A stretch of DNA of 64,000 bases from Trichinella spiralis. Its lineage: Eukaryota. Numbering within the stretch: the stretch's first letter is position 1; each line of letters begins with the position of its first letter. This document shows positions 50,708-64,000 of the stretch, one piece after another. The notes under the pieces are model-generated. The model was not told the origin of the DNA, ran no database searches, and worked only from the letters and a program-made list of their open reading frames with translations. Location: NCBI RefSeq assembly GCF_000181795.1, contig NW_003526943.1, positions 436,487 through 500,486 on the forward strand, given 5' to 3'. Both the position numbers and the translations under genes were made by a program.

Positions 50708-52929
50708 GTTTTGCTTTATATATTTTGGAGGCTTTTTTTGTTTTATTGCATGCATATGTGTGTGTGTGTGCGCACTGCATTTTTATTTTTTTCTTACCTG
50801 GTGGCCATCAGCGATGGCAATTCTATAAGCAGTCCGAAAGTCAAAAATTGCATTACTTCTTTTGCACCCGTTGTACATGTTTTCACTTTTGCGTGTTTTA
50901 GCTCGCTTTTGTAAAAGTTTAAAACTGACGCCTTTTTGTGAAACTCAGGTCTGATACAATGATTTTCAGTTTGTTTTAAAATTTTGGCAATTTCAGCATC
51001 TCTTTTGATTTTCATCATTCTCTCGTTATCATCTTTTATACATATACATGTAAGTGACCAGTGAAAAATTATCGAGCTATGGTTGAAATCAGTGATTTTT
51101 TCACTTTATTTATGAATAAAATTGTTCTTTGTCATTGCAAAGTTTTTGTCATTCTTTGCAGAACAAAATGATTTATGTTTTTTTTTCTATAAAATTCCAA
51201 ATCATTTTTACATTTCGATGAACGAAGTTACAATGCTAACTAAATTCATTCAAAATGTGAATAAATTCTAGTTTTCAACAATTCAGAGGCGCGAATAAGA
51301 ATGTAACAAGTCCTCTCTCTGGTCTGTACATTTCTGATTTTTTGAATGCAAATAAATGCAATAATTATTCAGCAAGTAAATCTAAATAAATAAGTAAACA
51401 AATATTTCAGCGTTGTTGAAGCCATCAGTTACGAAAATGTAAGCAAAAAATTATTATTGAAATGCCTGCACAATTTTCATTTATTTCTTTTCAAAGCTCA
51501 AACTTATTTTGAATATAAAATGCATATAACAGAAAAAACCCAGAAATTAATATTTTTTGAAAACCCCATGTAATATAAATTATATATAATATAAAATAGA
51601 AAAATCTTCTGAATGATCGATCGATCAAAAAAAGATGTAAAATTTATATATTTATTTATTTATTTATTGTTAAGAAAATTTTCGACAGTCTTCAGAATAC
51701 TGTAAAAGAATAAAACCTACTTTTGTTTTTACAGTACAATACACGTCATTTTCGGTTTACCGTATGAATGAATAGCCCACATGGAAATTCAACGTTTCGT
51801 ATATATTATTATATAATTGAATGCAGACGTTGCACATATGTGAAATGAATTTAAAATGCAGTTGTTAAAATTTAAATTAAAAAGAAATTTTTAATCAACT
51901 ATTATTTACCAGTGCAGTTGAAACAAAATTGTTTACTACTATTGCACAAAAATTATCTACAAAAATAAATGGCACCAACAGATAGATAGCTTGATAATTA
52001 ATTAATTAATTGTATTATGAATTAAAACTAAAATTAACTACTGATTTTGAGATTTAATTTTTCACTTTATCTACTTTAAAGTTTTTTCGTTCTGAAAATT
52101 TCAAAGGTTACGTACAATTATTTTATTTCAATTTGCTTATACATTAAAATACGTTTTCATTTATTTTACTATAATGCTGAACTGAATAAACCTGTGTTTT
52201 CTTCACAAAAAATGCACATCTGCATTTGAGCAAGTAATTTAATGTTTTAGGCTTTCTTTCTGTTGATTTATTTGTCACTGTCAGTTTGTTTTATCAGCGT
52301 TTCTTGAGCATTTTCACTTTGCCACTTTGCACATATATGGTACAATTTTCAGATTATCAGCTTCAGTGTTCAATGCGAAATATTCATCCATTTACCGCTC
52401 TGATAAAAGAAACCTACCGATCAAAAGACACTTAGTTGCAATAGTCCCAATTTTTGAAAATATAATATAATAAATACACACTTTCTTCAGTATTAAATAT
52501 ATTTTTTTATTTTTGTTATGTTAATTTTACTCTAAATTGTATTACAAAAATGTCATGATTCTATTGTATATTACCATAAAATATAAGCGGAAAATATATT
52601 GTTGTAATAATTTTTTTATTTTAAATTATGTTTTGTTTTAATTTAAATCAAATTTTCAATTTTTTTTGCTTCTGCTTTAATCAAGTATGAAAGTAGAGCA
52701 AATGAAAAAAAATACAGTATGCATGAATTGACGAAGATAAAAATAAATGTTTTAAAATAAAATTTTTAGTTTTATTATCATTAATTTATAAATTTAAATA
52801 AATTTTAGCTGTAACATTGTTGTTTTAGGGAAAAACATAAATATTATCACAAAGATTATTATTTTGACAAGCAGGTTTCATGTTTTAATAACAACCATAT
52901 TGGATAAGGTCAGCAGTCGATCGCCATTA

Positions 52930-53311
52930 GCTAGGCAAAATTAGTAGCGAACGGACTTTGTGTAGCCTGCCTTGCCGCTGGCGTTGTATTGCTCATTGTC
53001 GACCTCTTCTTGGCAGTATACCATTCCCTCGCGCTTCCCGAACCCTGGACAGCCTGGTGGCGCTGTTGTCGCATCGTGCTGACGCCACTTGTTCGCTCGC
53101 ATCTCATCGGTCGCATTGTTGCTTACTGCCCGGTCGTGTATCGACGGCAGTGAAAATTGGCACTACTTCGACCGCTCGTTTCCATGAAACCCGTCGCAAT
53201 CGATGAATAAAAGTGGGCTTCTATTGCCCAGCTCACTTCGGTGTGCCGTACCATATTTTTATTTTTTTCCTCAGACGTATTTTTGCAATTACCGCGTGGG
53301 AGTACAAGAAC
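52930..53311 (+). promoter_or_regulatory. GC/CpG-rich promoter and 5' UTR region of the Enhancer of polycomb gene, with a likely short UTR intron or trans-splice acceptor (ttcctcag| at 53274)
   Basis: Abrupt GC island after ~2 kb of very AT-rich DNA, directly upstream of the ATG at 53312. Confidence 0.5.
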
Positions 53312-56300
53312 ATGAACAACAAGCTGACCTTCCGCGCCCGGCCCGTTGATGCCATGAAACCTATGCCTTTGTATGAAGAAAATGAATTGCCGAAACTTCC
53401 ATCTTATGGCGCGAACGTTAGACCCGTTGCGACAATGCCATCGAGCATGGAAAAAGAGGAAGAGATGGTGAGTACACTCGGATTCAAAATGGCGGGCCGC
53501 GTGTCCTGTTTTCACGTTATGTGCGTTAGATGGCGCTGCTGTTTGTTTTTCACCCCCGCGTTTATCTTTCTTTTCATGTCAATCATTGAATGCGTTGATT
53601 GATTGACTGGCTAACGTTGTTGCCGTTCAACTCGCTGCGTTTCTTTGGCGCTAATTTTGATTCTTTCTCAATAACAGCGTCACTTCAACAAAGAAAAATA
53701 ACTCTTTAAAATATTTATAAACTATTTTAAGATATGTTTGATGTAAAATAGATTATTTTTTTAATTAGAAGTTTCAATTTTAAAGAACTGGTTTTGATTT
53801 ACAACAGTACATTTCATATAGTATAATTTTCCATGGTTTAACTTTGATTCTAAATGAAAATTGAATTAGCTCATATTTAAGATGTTTTGTTAACGGAATT
53901 TCTTAGTTAAGCTTAATTTTTATGTTATTTGAAGCGGTTTTTTGTAATTTTTTGAATGAATGAATTGTAAATGTAAGTTAGTTGTTCAAATTAAATTATA
54001 TTGAATTCAGAAATGAAATTTATTTTTTTAATTTTGGATCTGATATATTAAATTAATGGAACGTTTAATGGTAATATAAAATGTTGTTGTTGTTGTTGTT
54101 GTTCTATTTTCGTATATCAGAATGATTGAATGATATCTATTATTTTTGCTTTGAATGTAATTTTACGATTTTACTAATTTGAATTTTTATTTGTATATAT
54201 GATATGTATTTCGATTTTTTATAATATGATTTACTTTATTGTTATGCACGTGTAATCCAATTGCGTGCACATTTTTTTGAGTATATTTATTTTTATTTTT
54301 GTTTTAGGAAGTGCATTATCAGCAAGCTCTCACTGCACGAGAAGATATTAGGGATAAGAATGTCATTTCAGAAGTCTCCATTCCAGTTCCTCGAATATCT
54401 TACGACTTGGCAATTGATGAACTGTACGATACGTATTTTTCATTTTCTGAGGCATACGCAGGTTCAGATAAGAGTGCAAGTAGGATTGAAACATATGCAG
54501 ATATTACGAGTAAAATGAACGTAACTACCTATGAGTCACCCTACATTGAGATTTATTTATTTAGTGGTAAAATACGATGCCGATGCTGAAGATAATCAGT
54601 GGCTGTTGAACACTGGAATTCAGTATGGTATCAATGTCGATATTTTGGAAAAGGTTTTTGACATATTGGAGAATTCATCAAATGTATGAACAGAAAATTA
54701 TAGAATCTAAATTTCAGAATTTATCTATTATTATTATTATTATTATTTATTATGTGGGTTTTTCTTAGGTGACGAGTTTTAGTGAAGCCCAGGAGCAAGT
54801 GAAAATAGATGAGAATATGCTTCATCCGTTGTATAAGTACTGGTTGTACAAGCAGGTTAGTTGCTGTGATATGATGTTATTCATTATTACTCATGTCAAA
54901 TTTTAATGTTTCTTTGTAGTGTAATTCGTCGTCGGTACCTCGTATTCGTACAGATCAGCGGCAAAACAACAACACAGCTGATGCGTATATAGCATTTCGC
55001 CGTCGGACAGATAAAATGACCACTCGGAAGCATCGCAAAAATGATGATTTAGCAATGTGCAATGTATTGCGCATGATTGAATCGTTGAAAAATGCTGGGT
55101 AGAAGATGTTAAGATTTAGAATAGAGGGAAGTTGTGATTTGGTAGTTTTTAGCTTAATAATCAGTGTTTGTGCTGAAGCGAATCGCAACCAGTTGGAGTT
55201 GGCTTGTGCGAGAATGGTTTTGTTCGAGCGAAGATTCACGATGAAAGATTGGTTCAGTCGCTACTACAAAACATGCCAACTGTTGGCCAGACCTCCTCCG
55301 GCTCCTGTTTCTCAGAGAGTATTAGCTATTTGTATTTTTACAAAAAAATTTCTTAAGTGGAAAAGCTTTTGAATACAGAGGGTGTCTGTGCCAGTGGATC
55401 GTTCTTCGACCAGACGATCTAACACTGGGCCATCAGTAGCTAAGCCGCCTGTTAGACCAAATAAAATTGACTCAAGGAAGACACTTTTACGTCGAGCCAT
55501 GAATTTACCAAAGAATGTTGATGCTCAAAACGAAGTTAAGACGCCTGTTAAGAAGACGGTACAATGGATGATAACTAATGTCATCTATTTTTTCTTGAAA
55601 TCGATTTCTTACAGCAGACCCGCACGAAGGCGGTAGCAGAGAATCCGGATGGACGTTACGCTTTTAGGCCAAAGCCTGGGTGCACATATCACGCGGTGGG
55701 TTTTTTTTTCCAGTTTCTAACAGCGTCGTTTGTTATTCGATATTGTTATCATTTTAGCCGATATTGGATGAAATTTATCGAAATGAATCGCCATATTATT
55801 CTGAAAATTTTACGTCTATTACTAATAGTGAGCAAGTGCCTGACAGTGATGACTCTTCGTCTGAGCACGAGTTTTTCCATGCATTTTTGCACTCTAAAAA
55901 TGCTCGTCACCCATCGGGATTAAGTTATGCGGGAATGGTTCGGAGACGGGTAGCGCGTTCCGGAAGGTATAATATTGTAATTTATTTTATTTTTATCTTC
56001 TTGATTTGTATAATATTTCCAGAATGTACATGGACATGATCCCTAACAATAATTTCAAGCTGCCGTTTTCTTACATTCAGGATCCAGAAGAGGGATGCTC
56101 TAGGTTTGTGTTCCATGTTGAACGATTTGATAATGCATTTGCATAAGCTTGATTTCTGTTTCAGTATTGAGCGTTATTGTCCAGAATCGTGCTCACCAGT
56201 AAACGGGGAAGATGGTGCAGCTAAAGCAATAGGTGAGCATCGACAGTGCAAACAGTTTTTTTTTACTGATTTGAATTCAAAGGGTGGCAGTGACGCTGTT

Positions 56301-58258
56301 CCTTTTATTACAGCGACACTTGGTGAGCAAAATTGATGAGGGAGGGGGACTGCTGCTAGTTTTGTATGGTGAGCGGAATTAAACATCATTGCAATTTGAC
56401 CGTTCAACTCTGCTTGTTGAAATGCATTTTAAAGGTAAATTCGAAAATGCTCCTACGAATCGTATACACGAGAACAAGCAAAATTTAGTATGAAAAGCAG
56501 CCCCATTAATTAATTAAACTAATTCGTGCTAATGATTTTCTTCCACAGCCTTTGCATTTGAGGGGCGGTTGAGATTTTAGTGCCGAAGGTAATTTGCTAT
56601 TGCCATAAATGCAGAGATTTTTGATCTGAAATGCATTTGAAGCATTGAAATTGTTTTAACCTCAAATTAAGAATAGAAAATGAATAAAAATCAGGAAATG
56701 TATAAAAATAGAAATTTTGATGAAAACGTTCATTTTTCTAAAAGGGAACGAAAACCTCTCAAAACAAAAAGGTTTTTTCCTCGTGGCGAATCGCAATCCT
56801 TAGCAGGGAAGAACACTGCCTATGCCACAGATATTTATGACTTGGGTTACGGGGTCTCCTTTGAGTTGAAACGCAATTCATCAACATGCAGACTGTATGC
56901 CGCCAATAATCCGAACCTGTGGAAAGCAGGTTAATTAGTGAAGATCGCGATTTTGGTTTTCGCTACGCGTTAAGTGGCCTTTCATCGTCGCCTATTTCGT
57001 TTTACAGTCAATCATTGGAGCAAGTTTTCGACTCCAGTTTCATCTGAACCTCAGAAACCGCCTTTCACTTTTCTGACCAGTGGTAATACGCTTTTGAATT
57101 GTTGCTTTTGAAACCCCTCGCAGAGCAAACATTGCCTCTGCCACAGATGCTAAATATTTTTTCATGTGCCATGTTATGGGATCACGACAGCCCAAGCAAT
57201 ATGTGAAGCCCCTGAATTGAATACCCCTTGCTAATTGGAATGAAACTTTACTACCATAGTCTGTATCAAAAGTTGAATGAATTTTAAAATTCAATGAAAG
57301 AACATTTTTTGCTCTCTCTATATCCAACTTTTTAGTAATTTAGCTTTAAAGTTCCGCTCATCAGGTGGCGCTAATTAATATTGACGGCGTAGGCAGTATA
57401 ATAATCGGATTCGAAGAGGGAGATTTGCTTGTTCTTCTTGATTAATGGAATAGCATGTGTAATTGTAGCTTTGGCAAGGGCGAAGAAGGATTCTTGCTTG
57501 TCAACCGCAACGGCCGGTGTTTTAACTTCAAACCAAGTCGACGAACCGTCGGTTGCTTCGGCAAAGTCGCCACAACCACAGTTGGGACAAATTAAAATCG
57601 AAGCAGTCCAGACAACTGTACAACAGGATTCAGATCCAGATAATGCGACATCCTCAGGGAAAGAGGCGCCGTCGTCATCCGTGAAACATTTAGAATTGAT
57701 TTCGTCGAAGAGAAAGAAGCGGCGAGTGGACAGCGATTTTTCTGCAGAAAAGAAAATTGACGTCGACAAAGCAAAAATTTTGATGTCGATGCTTTCGACG
57801 AACGGCTTTGCTCATCCGATGGAACTTTGCGCTGGTAATGGACCTTCAGGACGTACTAATAATAAGGCGGGGCAAGCATCCAAATCCACAGGTACTAGAT
57901 CAAAACGGGGTCAGAGCAGCAATGGAACTGAATCTGGAATACGATCTGCGCTGAGATCACAGCGATCAAGCAGTAATCGAGGTGCAAACAATTTCCCTAC
58001 CTCAGCAGGCATCAACGGTGACAATTCACTTCGATCTTTTTCTGATACGGATATCAGTGGTGAGTTTGGTTTTTTTTAAATTAAAGTTGAAAGAATTATT
58101 ATTTCGCCCAGATAGTTATAAAAACTAAATTTTTTTCTAATAGGAAAGTCCACTATTGGATCTGTAACGCCTTTATGCACACTTTATTACCCGTGTCCAA
58201 AGCCTGCCGATGGTACTGATGGTGTCAACCCTTCTCCGGGTTTCCGCGAAGCCGGTTA
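53312..58258 (+). CDS. epc-1: Enhancer of polycomb homolog (NuA4/TIP60 subunit), multi-exon; 3' exon structure partly uncertain
   Basis: EPcA motifs: MNNKLTFRARPVDAMKPMP...MPSSMEKEEEM|EVHYQQAL, IPVP, YDADAEDNQWL, LYKYWLYK, AYIAFRRRTDKMTTRKHRKND, FERRFTMKDW. EPcB motifs: PDGRYAFRPKPGCTYHAP and GMVRRRVARSGR. Exon 1 is 53312-53467 and exon 2 starts at 54308. Later in-frame exons run to about 58258, with a possible further exon at ~58589. Confidence 0.88.
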
Positions 58259-59352
58259 GTTTTAATCTTTTGATTTATTTATTTATCAAGATCATCAGTA
58301 TTGTTCTTCTTACGTGAATGATATATGATGATATATATATATATATACATATATATATATGATATCCTCAGTAACATGGTATTGTCTTCTTTTGGAAAGA
58401 CTATATATTTATTGTTAGCATTATTTTTTTTCACAACCCCTTTCCTACATATATACACACACGCACACGGTTGCATTGTTATTTTTAATCAATAAATTTT
58501 CCTTATACTATTCAGTTAAGCTATTTTTGTTTTTATTGGTCATTTTCAGAAATGATGTCATGTCATTTTGTAGTTTCTCTGTTTGCAGGAGCGCAACGCT
58601 CATAAGTTCCCAAATCAACCAGTCGACAACTGTGGCAACTCTAGAGAAGGATATAGGCAAACAACGATGAACACTGTTGCTAACCTGCGTATATGCAAGA
58701 GAGCCGCGAGCAGCTAATAGCCCCATTGAAGTTTTACGTGTCAAGAGCATTTTTTTATTTTTTTTACACATAGCTTTGTATTTTATATTTGAGCTGACAC
58801 GCATTGTGCGCATGCGTGAGTTTGTGTTTTGTGAGCTGCTAGGTTTGATAATTTTCTATTTTTCACTGTCGCAATACGTATGTTATTGCATTATTATTTA
58901 TTTATTATTATATACATTTTACAATTTCAGTTGCATTTATTTATAGCTGCCGCACATGTGTGTGCAGAAAGAAGAGGACATGCATTAAGCCCGTTGCAAT
59001 TTGTTATTAAGATTAATAACAATTATCAGTCGTAATATCATATCAGAATATTCATATGTCGTAATAAAAGCAGCCGTGTAGGAAATAACACATCCGCTCT
59101 GTACAAGTGCATCGTCACTGATGTTTGATGGGGGATGTTGCATTTGCTAATGCTTGGCAGTGGAAAAGAGTAGAAAGCAATTTGAAGAAAAAAAAACGAG
59201 TGCCACAAGTGGGGATGAGGGCAGGGGCAGTGGTGAAAGAAAGAAAGAATGGTATATTTTTAGCAGGCGGTGAGTTGTATATCCTGCCGCCAATTTGTGG
59301 CCAGGTTGAGTGTCACGTTGACAACTGGGACTGAATGTGACAAACCAGCTAG

Positions 59353-59665
59353 CTAACAAGGATTGTTGCACCATTTCATTCGACCATCCGGCATCTGTTG
59401 CACCCCGATCGTGCATGAACCGAACATTGGACAGCAACGTGGCGCCATGCAGTTTTTCATGTCCAAATCTATGGAAGAAATAAATCACCAACAGCGTTCG
59501 CTGGCCAAAATGAAACATCCACTAACAAAAAGTTGCATTAATAACATTTTATCTTACATACTGCTGTATCTTATCAGCAAGCAGTTCAACTAGTTACCAC
59601 CTAGGGGAAAAAATATGAAAAAAAAACTTTCTCAACTTTTCAAGTGAGAATATCTTCTGTCTGTA

Positions 59666-59708
<43 letters not shown>

Positions 59709-62700
59709 AGCAGCAGATTGGGTTTCAAGAGCTCAAAAAGAAAGCAGAACTTCACTTTTTGTGAACAATTTATGATTTTTGTCTATTCCTCAATTATTAA
59801 GTTTTACAAACACAAACGTTGCAGCGTGATGGTGAAATCTTTTAAAGATTGCAGTAATTTTCCTTTGAGAATTATTATTGAAAATTACATTTTGAACTGA
59901 ATTTTTTGTTTTTTTTCTTGTTATTGCAAATTTGACATCTTGAATATAAATTTCTATATTAAGATTATTCTTAAAAAATACACAAAAAGTATTGTTAACC
60001 AAAAGTTAATTCTTAAAAGAATGCGCGGTCCTTTTATAATCATCGCGGGGCAAATTGTAAAATAAACTCAACGACAAAATTTACAATTATTAAGAAATTG
60101 AAGTTTGCTATCATTTTTCTTCTAACACAACTGACTATCAACAGCCGCTTAGTTGGATAGAAAAAAATTATGAAATGCTTTCAAAAACACATTTTGTATT
60201 CAATAATAATAATAATAATAAATGATAAATCATTACCTTTAGAAGATCTTTTCAGTGATTTCAATTCTGCTGTGCATTGCTGAGTTTCCAACGGACAATT
60301 GCGTATATCCGCTTCATCGCAGACTTTGTATCTTCTACGCATTCCGTTCGGTTCACAGGGTGACCAAAGGGTCCAATCGTTGGCAATTTCTTTTGCAATG
60401 ATTACCGCCTTCTGCAAGGTGGGTTTCATTTCAACCGTATCTTCGCCACGTTGCACACCCGCCGTATAAGTCTGTACATCCTTACTATCAACCGATGGAA
60501 TCAAGCCGTCCTCTTTGACATGGCAGTAAAGTTGAAAATATTCTGCATTGTATGCAGTTTCATCGATGAGCAAACTTGGAGCTGTATCTTTTGTCTGTGA
60601 ATTGAGCACACAGTTTAGTGAATCCTCCTATAAATATAAGCAAATATGAACTTTCAAGCTGGTGAACTTACAGTCATTATTATTATTATCATTATTCTAC
60701 TTAATTTATATGTCTGTCAAATGAACTTCATTTTTGCTACATTTCAATAAGACCAAAAACATTGCATTATTTAAAATACTGCTGTAAACTTTTTGAATGA
60801 ATTTGTAATTTTACTTCATTAAAGAACACTCCAGACTGGCATTGAAAACCATACTGAGAATCAGAATTGAGACAACGAATTATGCAGTCTTTTATTGAAT
60901 CGGCGTCGGTGACCGTTCTTGCATAGCCAATAAGTACTTTCTTAGGCATCCTAACAAATACATCGGAACATGTTTTCACGAGGTTCTCTAAATATTGCAC
61001 ATAAAAATTATTAAAAATAATGGAAATAGAAATAACATTATTTATCTAACCTGGAAAGCAAACTTTTTCAAAATGCTGCACAGAGGCATGATCTTCCAAA
61101 CGGCCTTTCGATTCAGACGGACCATAGAATATGCATCGATTTGCTGATGAAATGAAGTCAAAAGATTGGCATATAACTTCACGACCATCTTTAGCCTAAA
61201 TGCATAAATTAATTAATAATATTAAATAAATAGAATTAAATGTATGATCAAATAAAAAAAATGATATACACTCACTCTGTTTGCGGTACAGATTTGAATG
61301 CACTGCTGATCAGTCATTGGACTAAATTGAAAACCACTGCTGGAAATGAGCTGTTTACCAATTATCTTATAATATTTGACAACTTCCCCAGGCTTACATC
61401 CGCCTAAAGAAATTTTACAACTGAAAATGTGCTTTGTTGTAAAAAAATATTTAAATTTACAACAGTATTTTATGATTATGCATACATATACACTATTTCT
61501 TTGCATTATTTTTTATTGTGAAGAAAACAAATGTTACAATTGTTGCTGTTGTTAGCATTTAAAAGTTTGTTTCAAAGCAAACATAACATGAAAAATCTAA
61601 CAAAACACAAAATGCAAGAGAAAAAAAATTAAACAAATGTTCACTTCAATTGTTAAAATTCGACATTTGCAAGCAATGCTAGATGATATCTTATTTACAA
61701 ATGGCAAAAAAAGACGGAATAATATTTGTTTTTTTAAAAAACTTTTTTAAATATAAACCAGAAGATATATTTTATTTATTTATTTTGATTTTTTTGCTTT
61801 TCTTCTCTCCAACATACCCATAATTATCACAGTTGACATGCTGGCTGGTATCATTTGTATTTGGAAATATCAAATGGGGACAGACATTAAGAACAATGCT
61901 AACAATTGTTTCATTTTCAATGTCGCTGCATGCAGGCAATTGTGGTTGTTATTTATGTGCTATTTTTCAGCAATAATTGAGAAAAAGTTCAAGAAAAAAT
62001 AATGTTGCGTTTATAGGTTGTCCTGCTAGCCTGGGACCGACCCCTGAGAATATGTCAGAAATGGAATTTTCCAAAATTTTTCGACTCTTCAAAAATTGAA
62101 ACTTGCAATTTTTGTATGAAAATTACCATTTAGCATGGGAACTGTTTGTTGTTGCTGTTGGTGTGAATTTGGTAAAATGAAAAAAATTGCCCATGTGAAA
62201 TAAATTTGTTGAATGAATGAATGAATGAATAATATTATCAGTAATGCAAATAGTAAATGTTGAAACACTTTTGAAAACGAAAATCACTTTTTGTAGAAAA
62301 AGAAACAAAATATAACCAAAATAAACACTTGAAACATATCTGAGAACGTTGCTTTGAATAGAATATGTTTGTTGCTTTGCAAATTTGATTTAATCACATT
62401 TGATATGTTGTGGAAAATCATTTATCATCACTTACCCCATGTGTCCATTTCCAACGGGCTGATTGAAGGCGGTCTTGTCTGTGGGAATGTTGGCATCAGA
62501 GTTGAATATGGCACCTGGACGCTGGGAATTCCTTGGTGAATTTCAACATTTCGACAACTGCTCGAAGTTAGTTCATAATAATCACGATTTGGCGTTGGCA
62601 ACAGCACTGCCGGATGTTGGTCACCCAAATGTCCGAACATATCGCACAATTGATGTTCTCTGTCATAGACGAACGACTGGCAAGTGAATCTTGGGGATGA

Positions 62701-62810
62701 ATATTGAAGACAACAATTTTTGCACTGATCCGACGTGATCATCGCTCGTCGTTCGAACGGCATTGCGTTTTTAATTGCACAATTTGAAGCTTTGCCGAAA
62801 CAAGCATCTT
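59353..62810 (-). CDS. Extracellular-type protein with three PAN/Apple domains, a TSP1-like module and a Cys-rich C-terminus. The 5' part probably extends to and beyond ~63935
   Basis: Exons ~62810-62436, ~61403-61277, ~61196-61051, ~60987-60795, ~60627-60237, ~59468-59353. PAN signatures: CKNCCLQ...CQSFVYD...C, CIQICTAN...CQSFDF...C, CIIRCLNS...CQSGVF...CVLN. TSP1-like segment WTLWSPC...RRRYKVC. The end reads CMAPRCCPMFGSCTIG...WCNNPC*. Confidence 0.85.
59668..59706. repeat. (TAA)n microsatellite in an intron
   Basis: About 12 visible TAA units. Confidence 0.9.
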
Positions 62811-64000
62811 CTAGAAATAATAATTAAATGCCACTCGATTTCACTTGATATCATAGTGCTTTGTTTATTCAATTATTCCAATATTCAAAGTATTGAATTT
62901 TTTCAACTTGCAACTTAATTATCTTATTAAAAGATACGCACTAATTAAAAATAATCATCATTATTGATGAATTGCATTATAAATGAAAATTTATGAAGTA
63001 ATTTTGCTTTAATAAAAATATATTGGCTTAAATTTCTCCGTGTCTTCGAGATGCTGCGCCTGCTTTGTTCAAACAATATTTCCAGTCAACATTCATTCAT
63101 TCAATGAAAAATTGGCACAGTGATTCATGAAATGTTTATCTCTGAACGCTAGCAGTCTTTCTTTGTAAATTAATAAAAGAAAGTTTTTTTTAATTTAAAT
63201 AATTTGAACGGGTAATAATACAATAAAATGAAGTCTTTTTTACGTTTTGAAATTATTCTTTAAAATTGATCAATACAACAAATAATGGTAACTTATATGT
63301 TGAAAAAGAAGTTTTTCTACTACTTTAGAAAGCATTGCTGAGTTAGTTCAATGTGTTGTTCTACATAAATATATTTTTTATGCATTAATAAAATTACAGC
63401 TAAATTAACAAAAATTATAATCAAACAAAACTGTGAATAAAAATGCAAATTGTTATATAAAATGAGCATAAAAATTATTTATTATTTGAATGGCAAACGT
63501 TTGGCAATCACTACTGTATTTGGTATACTATTATAGCAAAGGTTTTCCTTTTCAAGTGAAAAACTTTGAAAAAACTTTATTGATAGAAAAAATTAGAACA
63601 TTAAAAAACATTACAATAAACATGCAATTGATAATGAAAAAAATTGTTATTTTACATTACAAAAATGAAATTGATTATAATTCCTTTTTTTGGAATTGCT
63701 TTACATTGGATCTGAAAAAAATTTGAAGAAAATCTCTTAGTCATCCAGTTTTAAATGAATTATTTTGTTCATTTAATTGTGTAATCAGTATACTTAATTA
63801 AAAATATTTTCAAATGGAAAATTAATAATGCTAAACTTGTTGCTGAATGAGTGAGATACATCATACGAAACAACAATAAAAGCCTGTATGATGTCACACA
63901 GCTGGGCATCGACCTCAACAATACAGGCTTAAGCTAAAAACACAGTCGCTTTGATTGCACGGCCTGGCGTAGAATGTCACCTATGAATGAAAGCCTACCT

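Noticed and set aside
42215..50755. Many long antisense or alternate-frame ORFs over the zinc-finger gene (e.g. 42650-43789, 379 aa)
   Set aside because: Shadows of a GC-rich coding sequence, with no independent domain signal.
57040..57327. Minus-strand 95-aa ORF inside the EPC gene (possible nested gene or transposon fragment)
   Set aside because: It has a TTG start and no motif, and it overlaps a plus-strand in-frame EPC candidate exon (57009-57081).
1..64000. tRNA, rRNA, CRISPR arrays, transposase/RT ORFs, and well-known miRNAs (let-7, miR-1, miR-2, miR-71, miR-87, miR-100)
   Set aside because: None recognised by eye. tRNAscan, Infernal and RepeatMasker would be needed to exclude them formally.

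Overview
Eukaryotic, AT-rich genomic DNA with many short GT-AG introns (often TTTCAG/TTTTAG acceptors) and dense microsatellites. It is most consistent with a nematode, probably a Trichinella-like clade I species (inference, not verified). Gene order from left to right: the 3' end of a LIM-domain gene of the LMO7/smallish/lim-8 type (+); a divergent patched-related (PTR, sterol-sensing/RND) membrane protein (-); two small uncharacterised genes (-); a SRCIN1/sickle-tail (CG32809-like) coiled-coil scaffold gene (-); a ~20 kb non-coding interval with CpG- and microsatellite-rich islands between divergent genes; a ~2530-aa C2H2 zinc-finger protein (+); Enhancer of polycomb (+); and a PAN/Apple-domain protein (-) that probably continues past the window end. 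The most notable items are the zinc-finger protein, built from 15 copies of a 'finger pair + helix ending in CF[PG]' module, the PTR lacking both catalytic GxxxD motifs, and candidate 4-nt and 8-nt microexons plus an MGNAA first exon in the SRCIN1-like gene. No rRNA, tRNA, CRISPR array or intact mobile element was recognised. All gene models were built by hand from splice signals and reading frame.
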